Assembly (NCBI RefSeq): GCF_963921235.1
Contig: NC_086097.1
Coordinates: forward strand, 162,628,001-162,692,000
DNA: 64,000 nucleotides
DNA from: Mobula hypostoma
Taxonomy: Eukaryota
Reading direction: 5' to 3'
A model generated the notes under the pieces. It searched no databases, was not told where the DNA came from, and worked only from the letters and a program-made list of their open reading frames with translations. The position numbers were made by a program, and so were the translations under genes. Shown piece after piece: positions 1 to 12,070 of the stretch (the stretch's first letter is position 1; the number at the start of each line of letters is the position of its first letter).

Positions 1-1269
1 ATACTTGGTGGTTCTGAGGTGCAACCTGAAAAGACAAAATTCTAAATACCCTGAGCATATTGCTTCTGAGCTCTGGCCAGTATTGGAATGTAGCAAAGAC
101 ATGTTCTAGCTTAAGAGCTATGGGGCAGCTTAAGTGCTCTCCTTTTTTTTAAATGGAGAATAATTTGTGGCAGATAAATGCCTGAATGTATTGCTCATGA
201 TGTCAGCACTTCCCATGTGTCACTTTCTTAAACCCTCTTGTGCAATGACCCTTGGTATTTTAGAGGGAATCCCTCAACCAACCACTTCAACTTGAATCAG
301 AATAGGTGAGGATTTTGGAGGGATGCATAAAGAGGGTGTTTATGTGGGATGTTCCTGCAAATATTAACACCGAAATCACTATGGATACAAGCTAACTGTT
401 ATGAATTAAAGCTCTAGCAGTTTGCATTGTCTTTGTGTTGATGTAACTTTGTTCTGTTTTAGCTTTGATTTGGTTCCAAAACTCATTTCCTGACTGTGAC
501 TAAGCCTACCTCTTTTCATTCTGTTACTGCTTCTCTCTACGGTAATTGAAAATGTACTTCATAACTTCGTCAGTCTGCAAGACAGTTGATTCTCAAACCG
601 CCTTCTCTGGCAATGTTTCAGAATCCTGATCTTGCTTTTGAGATTCCTGCATGCCTTTCTTGACCTTGGGAACATCTTCGAGTCCTGCGTGCCGACGAAT
701 CCTTTTCATTGACTGCATTGCACTCGAGCTTTGATTACCCAGCAGTCCTCTTCAATTTGTACATTGGTAGTTTTGCTTGTCCTTTCTGACCATTTTCAAA
801 AGCTTCCTCAAACTTCGTTAAACTTTAACTGGCTACAACGCGCCCCCCCCCCCCAGCCCATTACTTGCTGCTCCTCGGGTATAATCATCATCCTCATGAT
901 CTTTCACTATATTAGAAATGCTATGTGGAGGTAAAATGTTATTAAATACCACAGTAAGGGTACTTTGCAGATTAGATATTGCAATTTGATTTTGGCAGAA
1001 GCGAATGGAAAACTTAGTTATCATGCAAATGAGCCAGTTTAATAAACTGGATGTGAGCCACGTGACCTTTGTTAGTGATCTTGGTTTATTGTGCTCTGGC
1101 GGGCAATGAAAGAAAATGCCATGCAAAACCAAACTTAATTGAAAGGCCTGCTTCAGCAAGAAGGGATAGCAAATATTACCATGGCAATGGATTAAAAGGG
1201 CAATATATCAAAGTAAAGGTGTTTGTAAAACTATTTTCTCAGTTAATAAATAAAATTTCTGCAACATTG

Positions 1270-1385
1270 CAACACAGGATTGCAGATGCTGGAAATGGAG
1301 CAAAAAATAAACTGAAAAGTCTCTGAGTTGAACAGCATCTGTAGAAGCAAAGGGTATATGATGTTTTGGATCAAGATCGTACATC
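1270..1385 (-). mobile_element. Degenerate Penelope-like pseudo-LTR fragment
   Basis: ttgcagatgctggaaatggagcaaaaaataaactg...aacagcatctgtaga matches the reverse complement of the better-preserved unit at 24201-24341. Confidence 0.55.
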
Positions 1386-1608
1386 TGTTTAGGTGTACCA
1401 AATCAATGTGGAGATGATTAAGACTTGGCAAACGTTTCATGCCACAGCAGAGAAGTTTTCTATGTGCATGAAAACAGGCAGGGGTAGGAAAGCTTTGGAG
1501 CGTATTTTTCAACATTCTGAGAGATTTTATTTCACCATTGACAGGTTGGCTTGCTAGCAATATGACAGGTACTACAGATTCCGTGAAGTCATCTGGCACA
1601 GTGATATA

Positions 1609-2136
1609 CAGTTGGTCCTCCTTATCCGCGAGTTCCGCATGCGCGAATTCAACCAACCGCGAATTGAGAAAACCCAGAAGTGCTCTTCCAGCACGTTGTT
1701 CTAGCATGTACAGACTTCTTTCTTGTCATTATTCACTGAACAATGCAGTATTACAACTATTTTACATAGCATTTACATTGTATTAGGTATTATAAGTAAT
1801 CTAGAGATGATTTAATGTATACGGGAGGATGTGCATAGGTTGTCGTGGATCGGGATAGAAAAAAAACGGAAGTTCTCTTACTAAGTAAGTTGGAACAGGT
1901 ACATCCAGTATTATTTAGCGTCAGTTAGTCAAACGTTTGTCTTAGTACATAGTATATATTTTACCTTTCTATGCATATAAAACATTTAGGAAACGTATGT
2001 TTCAGTGCCGGGCTCAGGAACGGAAGTTCCTGAGTTCAATCCAGTGACAGACCGCTCCCGAGCACGCTCTCCATCCGTGCCAGGTTGATGTGAAGGATCA
2101 AAAACCCAAAACCCCAAAACTCAATAATTAAACCAT
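1609..2136. mobile_element. Non-autonomous Tigger (MER2-like) DNA transposon, only one end retained
   Basis: TA (1607-1608) then TIR cagttggtcctccttatccgcg. 1705-1840 (catgtacagact...cattgtattaggtattataagtaatctagagatgattt) matches the recalled MER2 consensus. CpG-rich; no second TIR. Confidence 0.75.
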
Positions 2137-2269
2137 TAATCACCTGTCCGCAGCACAAGAGTTCATTCCATGGCATAGTGAACTCTATCTTTTAAAGGTC
2201 AGTTTAGTGGGATTTACTGATGCTCCTTGAAAGCCACCTTATCTTCTAGCCAATTCATCTGTAATTGTC

Positions 2270-2395
2270 AACTGATGCAGTGTCTTAACCCTAAACATCA
2301 AATACATTTTGCCTCCACTGATGCTGTTCAACTCATTGAGATCTCCTCACAGATTTTTTTTTTTGCTCTATGTTCTAATACCTGCAATCCTGTGC
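2270..2395 (+). mobile_element. Degenerate Penelope-like pseudo-LTR fragment
   Basis: actgatgcag...taaacatc...cctccactgatgctg...acctgcaatc aligns loosely with 24201-24341. Confidence 0.45.
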
Positions 2396-2439
2396 CTCTG
2401 AGAATGTTCTTTATTAACAGAGAAAATAACTTTACAGTT

Positions 2440-3457
2440 GCATCAATTGGATGGGTTGAATGTTTATTTTAATGGAAGGTATATCAGGAACAAGGGTGAT
2501 GAATTTAGAGTGTGGGTCAGTACATGGAACTATGACAATGTGGCCATTACAGAGACATGGCTGTCATAAGGGCAGGAGTGGCTGCTGGATGTTCCAGGAT
2601 TTAGATGTCTCAAAAAGAACAAGGTTAAAGGTTAAAGAGGTGGGAGAGTGACATTGCTAATCAGGGATTGTATCACAGCTGCCGAAAGGGAAGATGTTGT
2701 GGTGGAGTGGTCTAATGAGTTGGCGTGGGTGGAAGTCAGAAACAGGAAGGGAAAGATCACTCCATTGGAAGTATTCTGTAAATTCCCCACCCCCATAAAA
2801 ACAACAGACACTGAGGAGCAGATTGTTAGGCAATTTTTCGAAAGGTGCAGACATATCAGGGCTGTTGTCATCTGTAACTTCAACTTACCTAATATTGATG
2901 AAGCATATTTGGTGACTGGTAGTGTTCTGCGACCCCTGCGTTTTGGACTTTTATAAATGACTTGGATGAGGTAATGGAAAGGTGGGTTAGTAAGTTTGCA
3001 GATGACAAGAAGATTGCTGGTGTTGATGTGGATAGTGTAGAAGGTTGCCGTAGATTACATTAGAACATTGATTGGCTGCAGAAGTCGGCTGAGAAGTGGC
3101 AGATGGAGTTCAATCTGGAGAAGTGTGATGTGATACATTTAGGAAATTCAAGTATGAAGGCAGAGTACAGGATAAATGTAATGATTCTTAGCAGTGTGGG
3201 GGAACAGAGGGATCTTGGGGTTCACGTCCATAGATCTCTCAGCATTGCTATGTAAGTTGATGGGGTGGTTAAGAGGGTGTATGGAATGTTGGCCTTCATT
3301 AGGTGGGGGAAGGTGTGAGGTGATGTGATAGAGGTGTGTAAGATGAACAGGCATTGATAGAGTGGACTGTCAGTGCCTTTTTCCCCCCAGGGTGAAAATG
3401 ATGAATATGAGATGGCAACATTTTTAAGGTGATTAGAGGAATGTATAGGGGGATATC
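2440..3457 (+). mobile_element. CR1-like LINE remnant, 5' part (interrupted by the LTR element)
   Basis: Endonuclease remnant (ORF 2648-2956, AWVEVRNRKG..VICNFNLPNID) and RT motif KFADD near 2992. The sequence resumes at 9942 after the LTR element. Confidence 0.8.
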
Positions 3458-3550
3458 TGTAGTAAATTTAATATTTCAGTAATATTTGAGTAATATTGTA
3501 AATATATTTGATTAAGCATTCTTTGTTTTCACATACTTACAGAAGCCCTG

Positions 3551-4008
3551 AGCCTCCTGTATTACCTTCCACTTCCCGCTGCTCCTGTTAAGAAGGTGGT
3601 ACAGGAACCTCTGGGCTCACACCACCAGGTTCAAGAACAGTTGTTACCCCTTAAAGCATCAATCTCCTGAACCAGAGAGGATAACTTCACTCAACCTCAC
3701 TTGTCCTATCACAGAACAGATCTCATAACCTATGGATTCACTTTCAAGGACTCTTCATCTCAAGTTCTTGATATTTATTGCTTATTTATTTATTTATTAT
3801 TTCTTTTTTGTCTTCCTTTTTGTGTTACACAAATTGTTGCCTTTTGCACACTGGTTGTCTGCCCTCTTGGTGTAGTCTTTTATTGATTCTATTATAGTTA
3901 GATTGTGAGGTTAAGAGTCCATATTATATTTATTGAGCAGGCCTGCAAGAATCTTAGGGTTGTATATACTCTTATGTCCTTTAATCATAAATTTACTTTG
4001 AACTCTGA
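3551..4008 (+). mobile_element. Rex1/Babar-type LINE 3' end inserted in the 5' LTR
   Basis: Encodes a degenerate RRYRSL.THTTRF.NS.YP...LLN C-terminus followed by a T-rich 3' UTR ending aaatttactttgaactctga; same tail at 13600-13875. Confidence 0.75.
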
Positions 4009-4033
4009 ATTTAATTCTGGGTTCTATGTGCGA

Positions 4034-5285
4034 AGGGAAATCTTGCCTGACAAATTGGTTAAGAGTTCTTCAAGGAATTAACAAGCAGGGTCGACAAAGG
4101 AGAGGCAGTGAACGTCATTGACTTGGATTTTCAGAAGGCGTTTAATAAGGTGCCACACATAAGACTGCTTAACAAGATAAAATCCTATGCTGTTACAGGA
4201 AAAGTACTGGCATGGATAGTGGAATGGCTGACAGGCAGAAGGCAGTGAGTGGAAATAAAAGGGGCCTTTACTGGTTGGCTGCTGGTGACTAGTGGTGTTC
4301 CTCAGGAGTTATTATTGGGACCGCTACTTTTCACATTGTTTGCCAATGATCTGGATAATGGAATTGATGGCTTTGTGGCAAAGTTTGTGGATGATACAAA
4401 GATAGGTGGAGGGGTAGGTAGCGCTGAGGAAGCAATGCAATTGCAGCAGGACTTAGACAAATTGGAAGAATGTGCAAAACAGTGGCAGATTGAACACAGT
4501 GTTGGGAAATGTATGATAATGTATTTTGGTAAAAGGAACAATGGTGCGGACTGTTATCTAAACGGGGAGAAGGTTCAAACATCAGAGATGCAGAGGGACT
4601 TAGGAGTCCTCGTGCAAGACTCCCAGAAAATTAATTGACAAGTTGAGTTTGTGGTAAAGAAGGCAAATGCAACGTTAGCATTTATCTCAAGGGGAATAGG
4701 ATATAAAAGCAAGGAGATAAAGGCACTAGTCAGGCCGCACTTGGAGTATTGTCAACAGTTTTGGGCCCCATATCTCAATGGATGTGTTGTCATTGGAGAG
4801 AGTCCAGACGAGATTCATGAGGATGATTCTGGGAACGAAGGGTTTAACATGTGAGGAGTGTTTGGAAGCTTTGGGCCTGTACTCACTGGAATTGACAAGA
4901 ATCTGGGGGAATCTCATTGAAACCTACTGAATGCTGAAAGGACTAGATAAGGTGGATGTGGAAGGATGTTTTCTATGGTGAAGGTATCCAGAACTAGAGG
5001 GCACAGCCTCAAAATTGAGGGGGGGGAACCCTTCAGAACAGAGGTAAGGAGGAGTTGTTTTAGCTAGAGAGTAGTAAATTTGTGGAATGGTCTGCAGCGG
5101 AAAGCAAGTCCGTGGGTATATTTAAGGTGAAAGCTGGTAGTTTCCTGATTGGTCAGGGCATCAAAGAATATGGCAAGAAAGCAGGTGTATGGGGTTGAGT
5201 GGGAGCCGGGATCAGCCGTGATGGATTGGCAGAGCAGACTCAATGAGCTAAATGGCCTAATTTTACTCCTATGTCTTATGGTCTA
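4034..5285 (+). mobile_element. CR1-like LINE (RT and 3' UTR), 5'-truncated
   Basis: ORF 4249-4638 has VTSGVPQ..LGPLLF..KFVDDTKIGG; LDFQKAF motif near 4120; tail ctcctatgtcttatggtc. Confidence 0.9.
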
Positions 5286-5559
5286 ATGATTATAAGGGAG
5301 CGCCTCACTGAATTAAAACCAAGTAGACACATTCTCCTGGGCTCTCCTGTTCACCTTCGATTAGATTTTTGAGAGACAAAACATACAGTGGTGATACCTG
5401 TTAAAGTGCAGCAATTTTTTTGAGAGTGAGAGAATGAACATGAACCTGTTTCTTTGGAGGGGAGAAAGACATCTGAGTTTTTAAAAAAAGGCAATAATGG
5501 ACAAGGTTCACAGGTTCATAAACAATGATTACTGGGTGATGACAATAATTTTAAAAATG

Positions 5560-8500
5560 CAGGAATGTTTGGCTACATCAGAAAGATAGACATGTTCGAT
5601 TACACAACAGATGATGTATATTGGGTAATGTATATTGAATAAATTGAGCAGTATTTTAAAGGAAATGGAATTGCCAATGAGAAATGAGTACCAATTTTTC
5701 TGAGTGCAATTGTTGGAAGAGTATACAGTTTGCTTAGAAGTTATCAAATCATCCACAATAAGCTTTGCTGTTGTCATGAAAATAATGCAGGAACACTTTG
5801 CACCAAAACCATTGTTTACTTTAGGCAGAATTAAATGGAGTCCATTATAGGTTATGTGGCCAAATGGAAGAGATTGTCTGAAGATTGTCAATTCAGTGAT
5901 AGGGTTAATGCTGCACTGAGAGATTGTTCAGTTTGTGGAATCTTACATGAAAGCATTCAAAAACAGCTCCTAACTGAAGCACAACTGACTTTTAAAAAAG
6001 CAGTTGAAATCACTGTATCAATGGAGACAGCAGCTGGAGATACAATTGAGTTGCAGTCTGGAATGTAAATAAGTGTGAACAAAATTGCAATGATTAAACA
6101 GAAACCTACCTGGCCAAACAAATTGAGTTGCCTTTTGTGGCAGTGGCTGACATACACCAAAGCAAGGCAGGTTTCAAGGCAAAACTTACAGAAAATGCAA
6201 CAAAGTAGGACACAGGCAAAGAGCATGTTGGACAGATAAAAATAAGTGGACTGCACAGGGAAAAGAAGTTTAAAAAGTCAAGTTGCAGTTTCAAAAAGAA
6301 CACTACCTGCTGTTGATGAAAAATCTGATAATGATGAGAGTGACCCAGGACTGGGTAGCCTTGATGTTTACAGTGTGAAAGCTTACAATAGTCAAGCAAT
6401 ATGGCTTGGACCAGAAGTGAATGGTGAATTGTTTAAAAAGGAATTGGACACTGGCTCAGTCTTTCCACAAAATGAGTTTGAATGGCGTTTCAAAGATACT
6501 GAACTGAAGGCTACAGATATCCAATGACGAACTTACAATGGAGAAAGGATAAGCTGTGGGAATTACATTTGTAACAATGAAATACAATGTCCAGCAAGCC
6601 ACATTGGGCTTGCATGTGGTAAAAACAGGAGGCACAGCATTGTGGGGGGGGGGGGGAGAAGGAGAGGGGGGAGAGAGAGAGAGAGAGAAAGAAAGAAACA
6701 CTACAACTTCATTGGAATTCCACCATTTACATGCCATATCCCCTGCAACAGAGTCAACTGAAAGCAAATTAAGAAATGTACTGAATGATGCCACAGCAGT
6801 GTTCAGTGGAAAACTCAAGCATATCAAGGGTAAAATAGTGTTAAGTGAAAATGCCATACCCAACTTTTACAAACACATCTGGTTCCTTGTACCATCTATG
6901 ATAAAGTAACCAGTGGACTACATTGTGTGGAGCCTACGGGCAGTCCAGTGGTCCCAGTAGCCAAGGCGAATGGCTCTGTCAGGATCTATGGTGATTTTAA
7001 GGTCACCATCAACCCAGTACTGAAAGTAGATCAATACCCTCGGCCCACGATATAGGGTATCTTTGCAAACCTTTCCGGAGGAAAATACTTCAGCAAAGTA
7101 GACTTAGCTGAACACTACTTACAGATGGAGATGGAAAAAGACTCAAGTGTTTCTCACCATAAGCACTCATAAAGGGCTTTATTGCTATAATAGGCTTATT
7201 TTTGGAGTAGCATCTGCACCTACAGTCTGGCAGAAAGCTTCAACCAGGTGCTGCAAGGCTGTCCAGGTAGTGGTGGATGCCCAAGGGCGTGTAACAGTTG
7301 TGATCTTCTTTTAGGATTTGTCAATGACGATAACAAGTTCCTGCCAAACTTGGCTACTGTGCTCCACCCTTTGAACTCATTGCCGCAGATTGAGTAGAAC
7401 ATAACATAAGAAATAGGAGCCTGCATTGCCATTCAATATGATCATGGCTAATCTGGCCATGGACTCATCTCCACCTACCTGCCTTTTCCCCATAACCTTT
7501 AATTCCCCTACAATGCAAAAATCTATCCAACCTTATCTTAAATATATTTATTGAGGTGGCCTCCACTGCTTCATTGGGTAGAGAATTCCACAGATTCGCC
7601 ACTCTCTGGGAAAAGCAGCTCCTCCTCATCTCCATCCTAAATCTACTTCTCCGAATCTTGAGGCTGTGTCCCCTAGTTCTAGTAAATGAACAAAGCTGTG
7701 TGAATTGTCTTTCCAAAAGGCAAAAGCAATGGTGATGGCAGACACTGTACTCACTCATTATAATCCACATCGTCCAGTGAAGCTTGCCTGTAATGTCTCA
7801 CCTTGTGACATGATTGCACCAGTACTACATGTGATGAGTGATGGAAGTGAATGCCACATGGTCTTTAAATCATGTTCCCTTACTACTGTGAGAAAAATTG
7901 AGCACAGATCGATAGAGAGGCCACGAGTCTGGTTTGGGGTGTAAAATGTTTCAACCAGTACTTGTGTGGGAGAGAGTTTACCCTCATTACTAGTCATCGA
8001 CCACCAGTGTCCATTTTCAGTCCATGGAAGGGTGTTCCACTAAGAGCAGCAGCACGAATGCGGAGATGGGCTTTGTTCTTGGAGAGCACACTTACAAGAT
8101 TGAATTCAAGAGGACGACTAGTCATGGTAATGCTGATGGATTGTCCCATTTGCCCTTGGAAAGGGAAATGCCTGAAAAATGTACAAAAGGAGGACATTGT
8201 TCTTGACGTAATACAAATAGAAAGTCTTCCTATTACAGCAGAGATGACACAAAGAGAAACCAGAAAAGACCCAACAGTGACTTTGGCAGCCCAAAATGGC
8301 TAGAAGGTACAGCAGAAATTCCAGTTCCCCCATTTCTTTACCAGCGCTGAGATAAACTTGCCCTTGACGGAAGATGCTTTATGTGGGGATTGACAGTTGT
8401 TGTACCATCCAAGCTGAGAGCTGAAGTGTTGGAGGAGCCATATGCTGGTCATCTGGGTGTCGTCAAAATGTATGCGTTGTGTGAAGCCTTGTCTGGTGGC

Positions 8501-9290
8501 CTGGGATAGATCAGCATTTTGTGCAGCTTACCATGCATTGTTCGGGATGCCAACACATCCAGAATATGCCAAAAGCAGTGCCTCTCCATCCCTGGCAAAG
8601 GATTCATGGGGATTTTGCTGAACCATTCAAGGGTACCAATTACTCAGTTGTAGTGGATGCAGCTACAAAGTGGCCTGAGGTGTTCCCATTAGCCTCAAGT
8701 ACAGCCTCACAGAGTGTTGATATGTTGAGAACAACACTCTTCTCAAGGACCAGTGTTCTGGACCACTTAGTCAATGGCAATAGACCACAGTTTGTTGTGG
8801 AACAGTTTCAGTCATTCCTGAAAATGAATGGAGCAAGATGTATTGCATCTGCCTTGTATCACCCAGCCACAAGTGGCTTGGCAGAAAGGTTTGTCTAGAG
8901 TCTAAAGAATACACTGTGAGTGTTGCCAGCCGAACACATTACTGAATCAAAAGCTGGCCAAGTTTTTCCTTGTGTATCGCAATGCGGCACATTTCACAAT
9001 TCAACAGTTCACCAGTTATGCTGTTCCTGGGTCATCCTTTGTACTCGTGCTTGTATCTCCTCAAACCCAATCTCAGAAGGTGTATGCAGAACAAACAACA
9101 AAGACAAATTGAGGACTACTCAAACAAGGAGGTTCAGTGTTTCACTCCCGGACAAACAGTCCTGGCATGGGACTACAGAGGTGATCAAAAGAAGGCACTT
9201 GGAAAGATTAAGGACCACTTTCCTACACAGTGGAGATTGCGCCTGATGATACATTGATCAGTTGAGGAGAGCAGAGTTAATTGTTAGAGA
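5560..9290 (+). pseudogene. Gypsy gag-pol pseudogene (capsid, zinc knuckle, protease, RT, RNase H, integrase)
   Basis: Gag ORF 5835-6068 (LSEDCQF..LRD...CGILHESIQKQLLTE); knuckle C.KVGH...C near 6195-6230; protease ELDTGS near 6441; RT remnants 6950-7380 with the YxDD region deleted near 7268; RNase H 7705-8206 (HGNADGLSHLP); integrase ORF 8521-8898 (PWQRIHGDFA..VVVDAATKWPEV..YHPATSGLAERFV). Many stops and frameshifts. Confidence 0.9.
7397..7683 (-). mobile_element. CR1-like LINE 3' end inserted in Gypsy pol
   Basis: TRTRGHSLKI...FSQRVANLWNSLP (ORF 7465-7770) plus the typical tail. Confidence 0.9.
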
Positions 9291-9585
9291 AGAAAAGTAT
9301 CCAGAGTTGTCTGAACCAGTTCCTGCAGTCCCAGGGTCAACTCTTACAACCACCATGAAGGAAACCCAAACCTGAGATCATTTCACTCCTGCCAAGCAGC
9401 GTGAGTTCCCCCATCCACATCAGTAAAGCATTTTCCACAAGAAATTCTCTACAACAATTAAATCTTTAGATCTGAATGGGACAATTAAAACTGTGTGTGT
9501 GTGTGACCAGAGAGCAATATGTTACATATTTGAGTTGAGATGCATTCTGTGTTGAGTGAGGAGTTTAGAGTGAAGCCAGGAGGAT

Positions 9586-9936
9586 TGTAGTGTATTTAAT
9601 ACCTCAAAAATATTTGAGTAATATTGTAAATATGTTGCTTTATTAAGCATTCTTTGTTTACATCATTCATTTTGGGTTATTTGTACAAAGTACATGAATG
9701 GCGTACGTCATTACGCCACTATGTCATAAGGGAGCGTGTCATTGAAATATAACTAAGTGGACACGTTTTCAAAGGCTCCCTTGTTTAGTCATACATAGTC
9801 ATAGTCATACTTTTTTGATCCCGGGGGAAACTGGTTTTCGTTACAGTTGCACCATAATAATTAAATAGTAATAAAACCATAAATAATTAAATAATAATAT
9901 TTTCTTTCAATTAATTTTTGGAGTAACAAAACAACA
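9586..9936 (+). repeat. 3' LTR, containing a LINE-tail insertion at about 9787-9900
   Basis: Starts tgtagtgtatttaata..atatttgagtaatattgtaaatat like 3458-3530. Ends gagtaacaaaacaaca like 5370-5387. Confidence 0.85.
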
Positions 9937-9941
9937 GTGTC

Positions 9942-10190
9942 ACAGGTGTTTTTTTTTACCTAGAGAGCTGTGTGCGGTGAGTGCTGAGTGTTGGAACACG
10001 CTGCCAGGGGTAGTGGTAGAGGCAGATAAATTAGAGACTTTTAAGTGATTGTTAGATAGACATGATGAAAGAAAAATGGAGGGCTATTTGTGGGGGGGGG
10101 GGAGGAGTTAGATTGATCTTGGAATTGGTTGAAGGTTTAGCACACAATCATTGGCCTAAGGGCCTGTACTGTACTGTCCTGTTCTATGTT
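9942..10190 (+). mobile_element. CR1-like LINE 3' end (continuation of 2440-3457)
   Basis: Resumes the CR1 tail exactly where 3457 stops; ends ggcctaagggcctgtactgtactg..tctatgtt. Confidence 0.8.
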
Positions 10191-11499
10191 CAAAGTCCAT
10201 TGATGAAGCTTTCCTTTCAACATCACTGAAACAGTACTCATCATTTAGAATTCAAATGCAAATACTCAGTGAAATTAACTACTATTCTTTTATCAAAATG
10301 CATAAAATTATTTACATATGCCTTTACGGAACTGAATATTATTTCATATTTCCATCTTCCATTCATTTTATGCTTTCTTTACTCAAAGTTATTTATGTTT
10401 GAGAGTAAAAGCAAGACAAGAAATATTGATTTACAAGGGACCCATAGTCAGCAAACTACGGAATGATTTGCTACGTTCATTTCAGCACTTCTTTGAGTTA
10501 ACATTTTTGTTTTGTCCTTGAGTCCAGGGGAACAACATAGGAAATAGTGTCTGTCAAAAGTTAACCATTTTGTAAGTCATGGGTAACTTAACATGGAAAA
10601 CAGCAATGTCACAGTACTACAGCTCTCTGGTGTCAGAATCGTGCTGTTAACAAAAATATTAATCAGAATACCAATTAATAAATGTGGATAATATTGAATA
10701 CTTTTCTTTTATCCAGTTCTTCCTGAAATGTTAGTTGCCAAAGTAATGGAAAACTCATTGTTCCTTACGTGAAACCTCCACTGTACATATGGAAGGAGAA
10801 GGAGTAAATGAAATATCACAATTTACTGGTGTCAGAAAGTAAAATTCTCTAGATATTGGATCTCTGAAATATAACTAAAATATGCTAGAAATACTCAGCA
10901 TCTGTGGAGAGAGAGAGTTAATTTTTCTGGTCTACGTCGTTTTACAGACTATTTGATTCTGCGTCTGTTTCTATCAATACTACCAGAACTGAATATTTCT
11001 GGTAACTTGTTGTTTTCCATGGCTTTTGACCCCCAGTTACTGAAATGGTGCTTTTGCAAATCCAGCTTTCTCATGGTTGAAATGCATCGATGATCTAAAG
11101 TTGCTATTCTAACATCTTGGATATGAATAAAACCATTTCAAGATTTCACATTTTACTAGCTATAGATTAGTTATTGGAGATTCTCTTGGAAATTTGCAAA
11201 TACTTAACTAGTGCTCATGAACTACAGGTTTCCCCCGCATCCAAAGGTAGAGCATTCCTATGAAACGGTTCGTAAGCCGGAATGTCGTAAAGCGAAGAAG
11301 CAATTACCATTTATTTATATGGGAAAAATTTGTGAGCGTTCGCAGACCCAAATATAACCTACCGAATCATGCCAAATAACGCATAAAACCTAAAATAACA
11401 ATAACATATAGTAAAAGCAGGAATGATATGATAAATACACAGCCCATATGAATTAGAAATACTTCTCTACAATGATTGCCTGTACAGATCTCCGTAGCG

Positions 11500-11634
11500 A
11501 AAATCTCAGGCAAGCGCTGTTGGCAGAAACACGGTGCAAGCGCTCTCGGCAGAAAATCTCACGCAAGCGCTCTTGGCAGAAAATCTCACGCAAGCGCTCT
11601 TGGCAGAAAATCTCACGCAAGCGCTGTCGGCAGA
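11500..11634. repeat. 27-bp tandem repeat (about 5 units) inside Tigger copy 1
   Basis: caagcgct recurs at 11511, 11537, 11564, 11591 and 11618; unit gcaagcgctctyggcagaaaatctcac. Confidence 0.9.
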
Positions 11635-11818
11635 ATCACCCCCTCCAGTAGCCTTTAGGCTATGAAGCTGCCAAATCATACCAAATAACGTAAAAATACA
11701 CAGCCTATATAAAGTAGAAATAATGTATGTACAGTGTAGTATCACTTACCGGAATTGGGACAGCGCAGAGCACATTGATGATGGTGTGTTCAGCTGAGTC
11801 GTTGGAGTTTGGGTGGTG

Positions 11819-12070
11819 CAGTGGCCCCCACCCTCCGGACAGCGACCCGATACTGATCCACGAAGCATGTAGGGGTACAGCGGTAGCCGCGACGCATCCA
11901 GCACATCTTTAAGAGAAAAACCGAAATAAACAAGCTCGTTAATTAGGTGCCGCCCAGCACGTAATTAATTAGCATGTTTATTTCGGCTTTTTTCTTAAAG
12001 ATGTGCTGTGTGCCTCCCGGCTACCACTGCATTCTCCGCGAGTCGGTATGTGTCCGCGACTTGGGGATTG
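11819..12070. mobile_element. Palindromic hAT (Charlie-like) MITE nested in Tigger copy 1
   Basis: 8-bp direct repeat gggtggtg at 11811-11818 and 12071-12078. Left end cagtggcccccaccctccgg is Charlie-like. Inverted arms of about 68 bp (about 11878-11945 and 11963-12029). Confidence 0.7.

Larger units (their letters stand above)
3458..9936 (+). mobile_element. Decayed Ty3/Gypsy LTR retrotransposon (Mag/K02A2.6-like), multiply interrupted
   Basis: TG..CA LTRs: 5' LTR in pieces at 3458-3540, about 4011-4033 and 5291-5387; 3' LTR 9586-9936. TGG primer-site start at 5389, purine tract 9572-9584, degenerate 5-bp TSD atatc/gtgtc. Internal order gag-PR-RT-RH-IN. Confidence 0.9.

Noticed and set aside
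1243..1707. 154-aa minus-strand ORF
   Set aside because: Spans a Tigger end and a Penelope relic with no recognisable domain; a chance ORF.
6644..6696. G-run plus (GA)n giving GGGGEGEGGEREREKER in an ORF
   Set aside because: Microsatellite expansion inside dead Gypsy pol, not a protein feature.
11500..11634. Regular short repeats superficially like a CRISPR array
   Set aside because: Head-to-tail tandem units with no unique spacers, inside a eukaryotic transposon.
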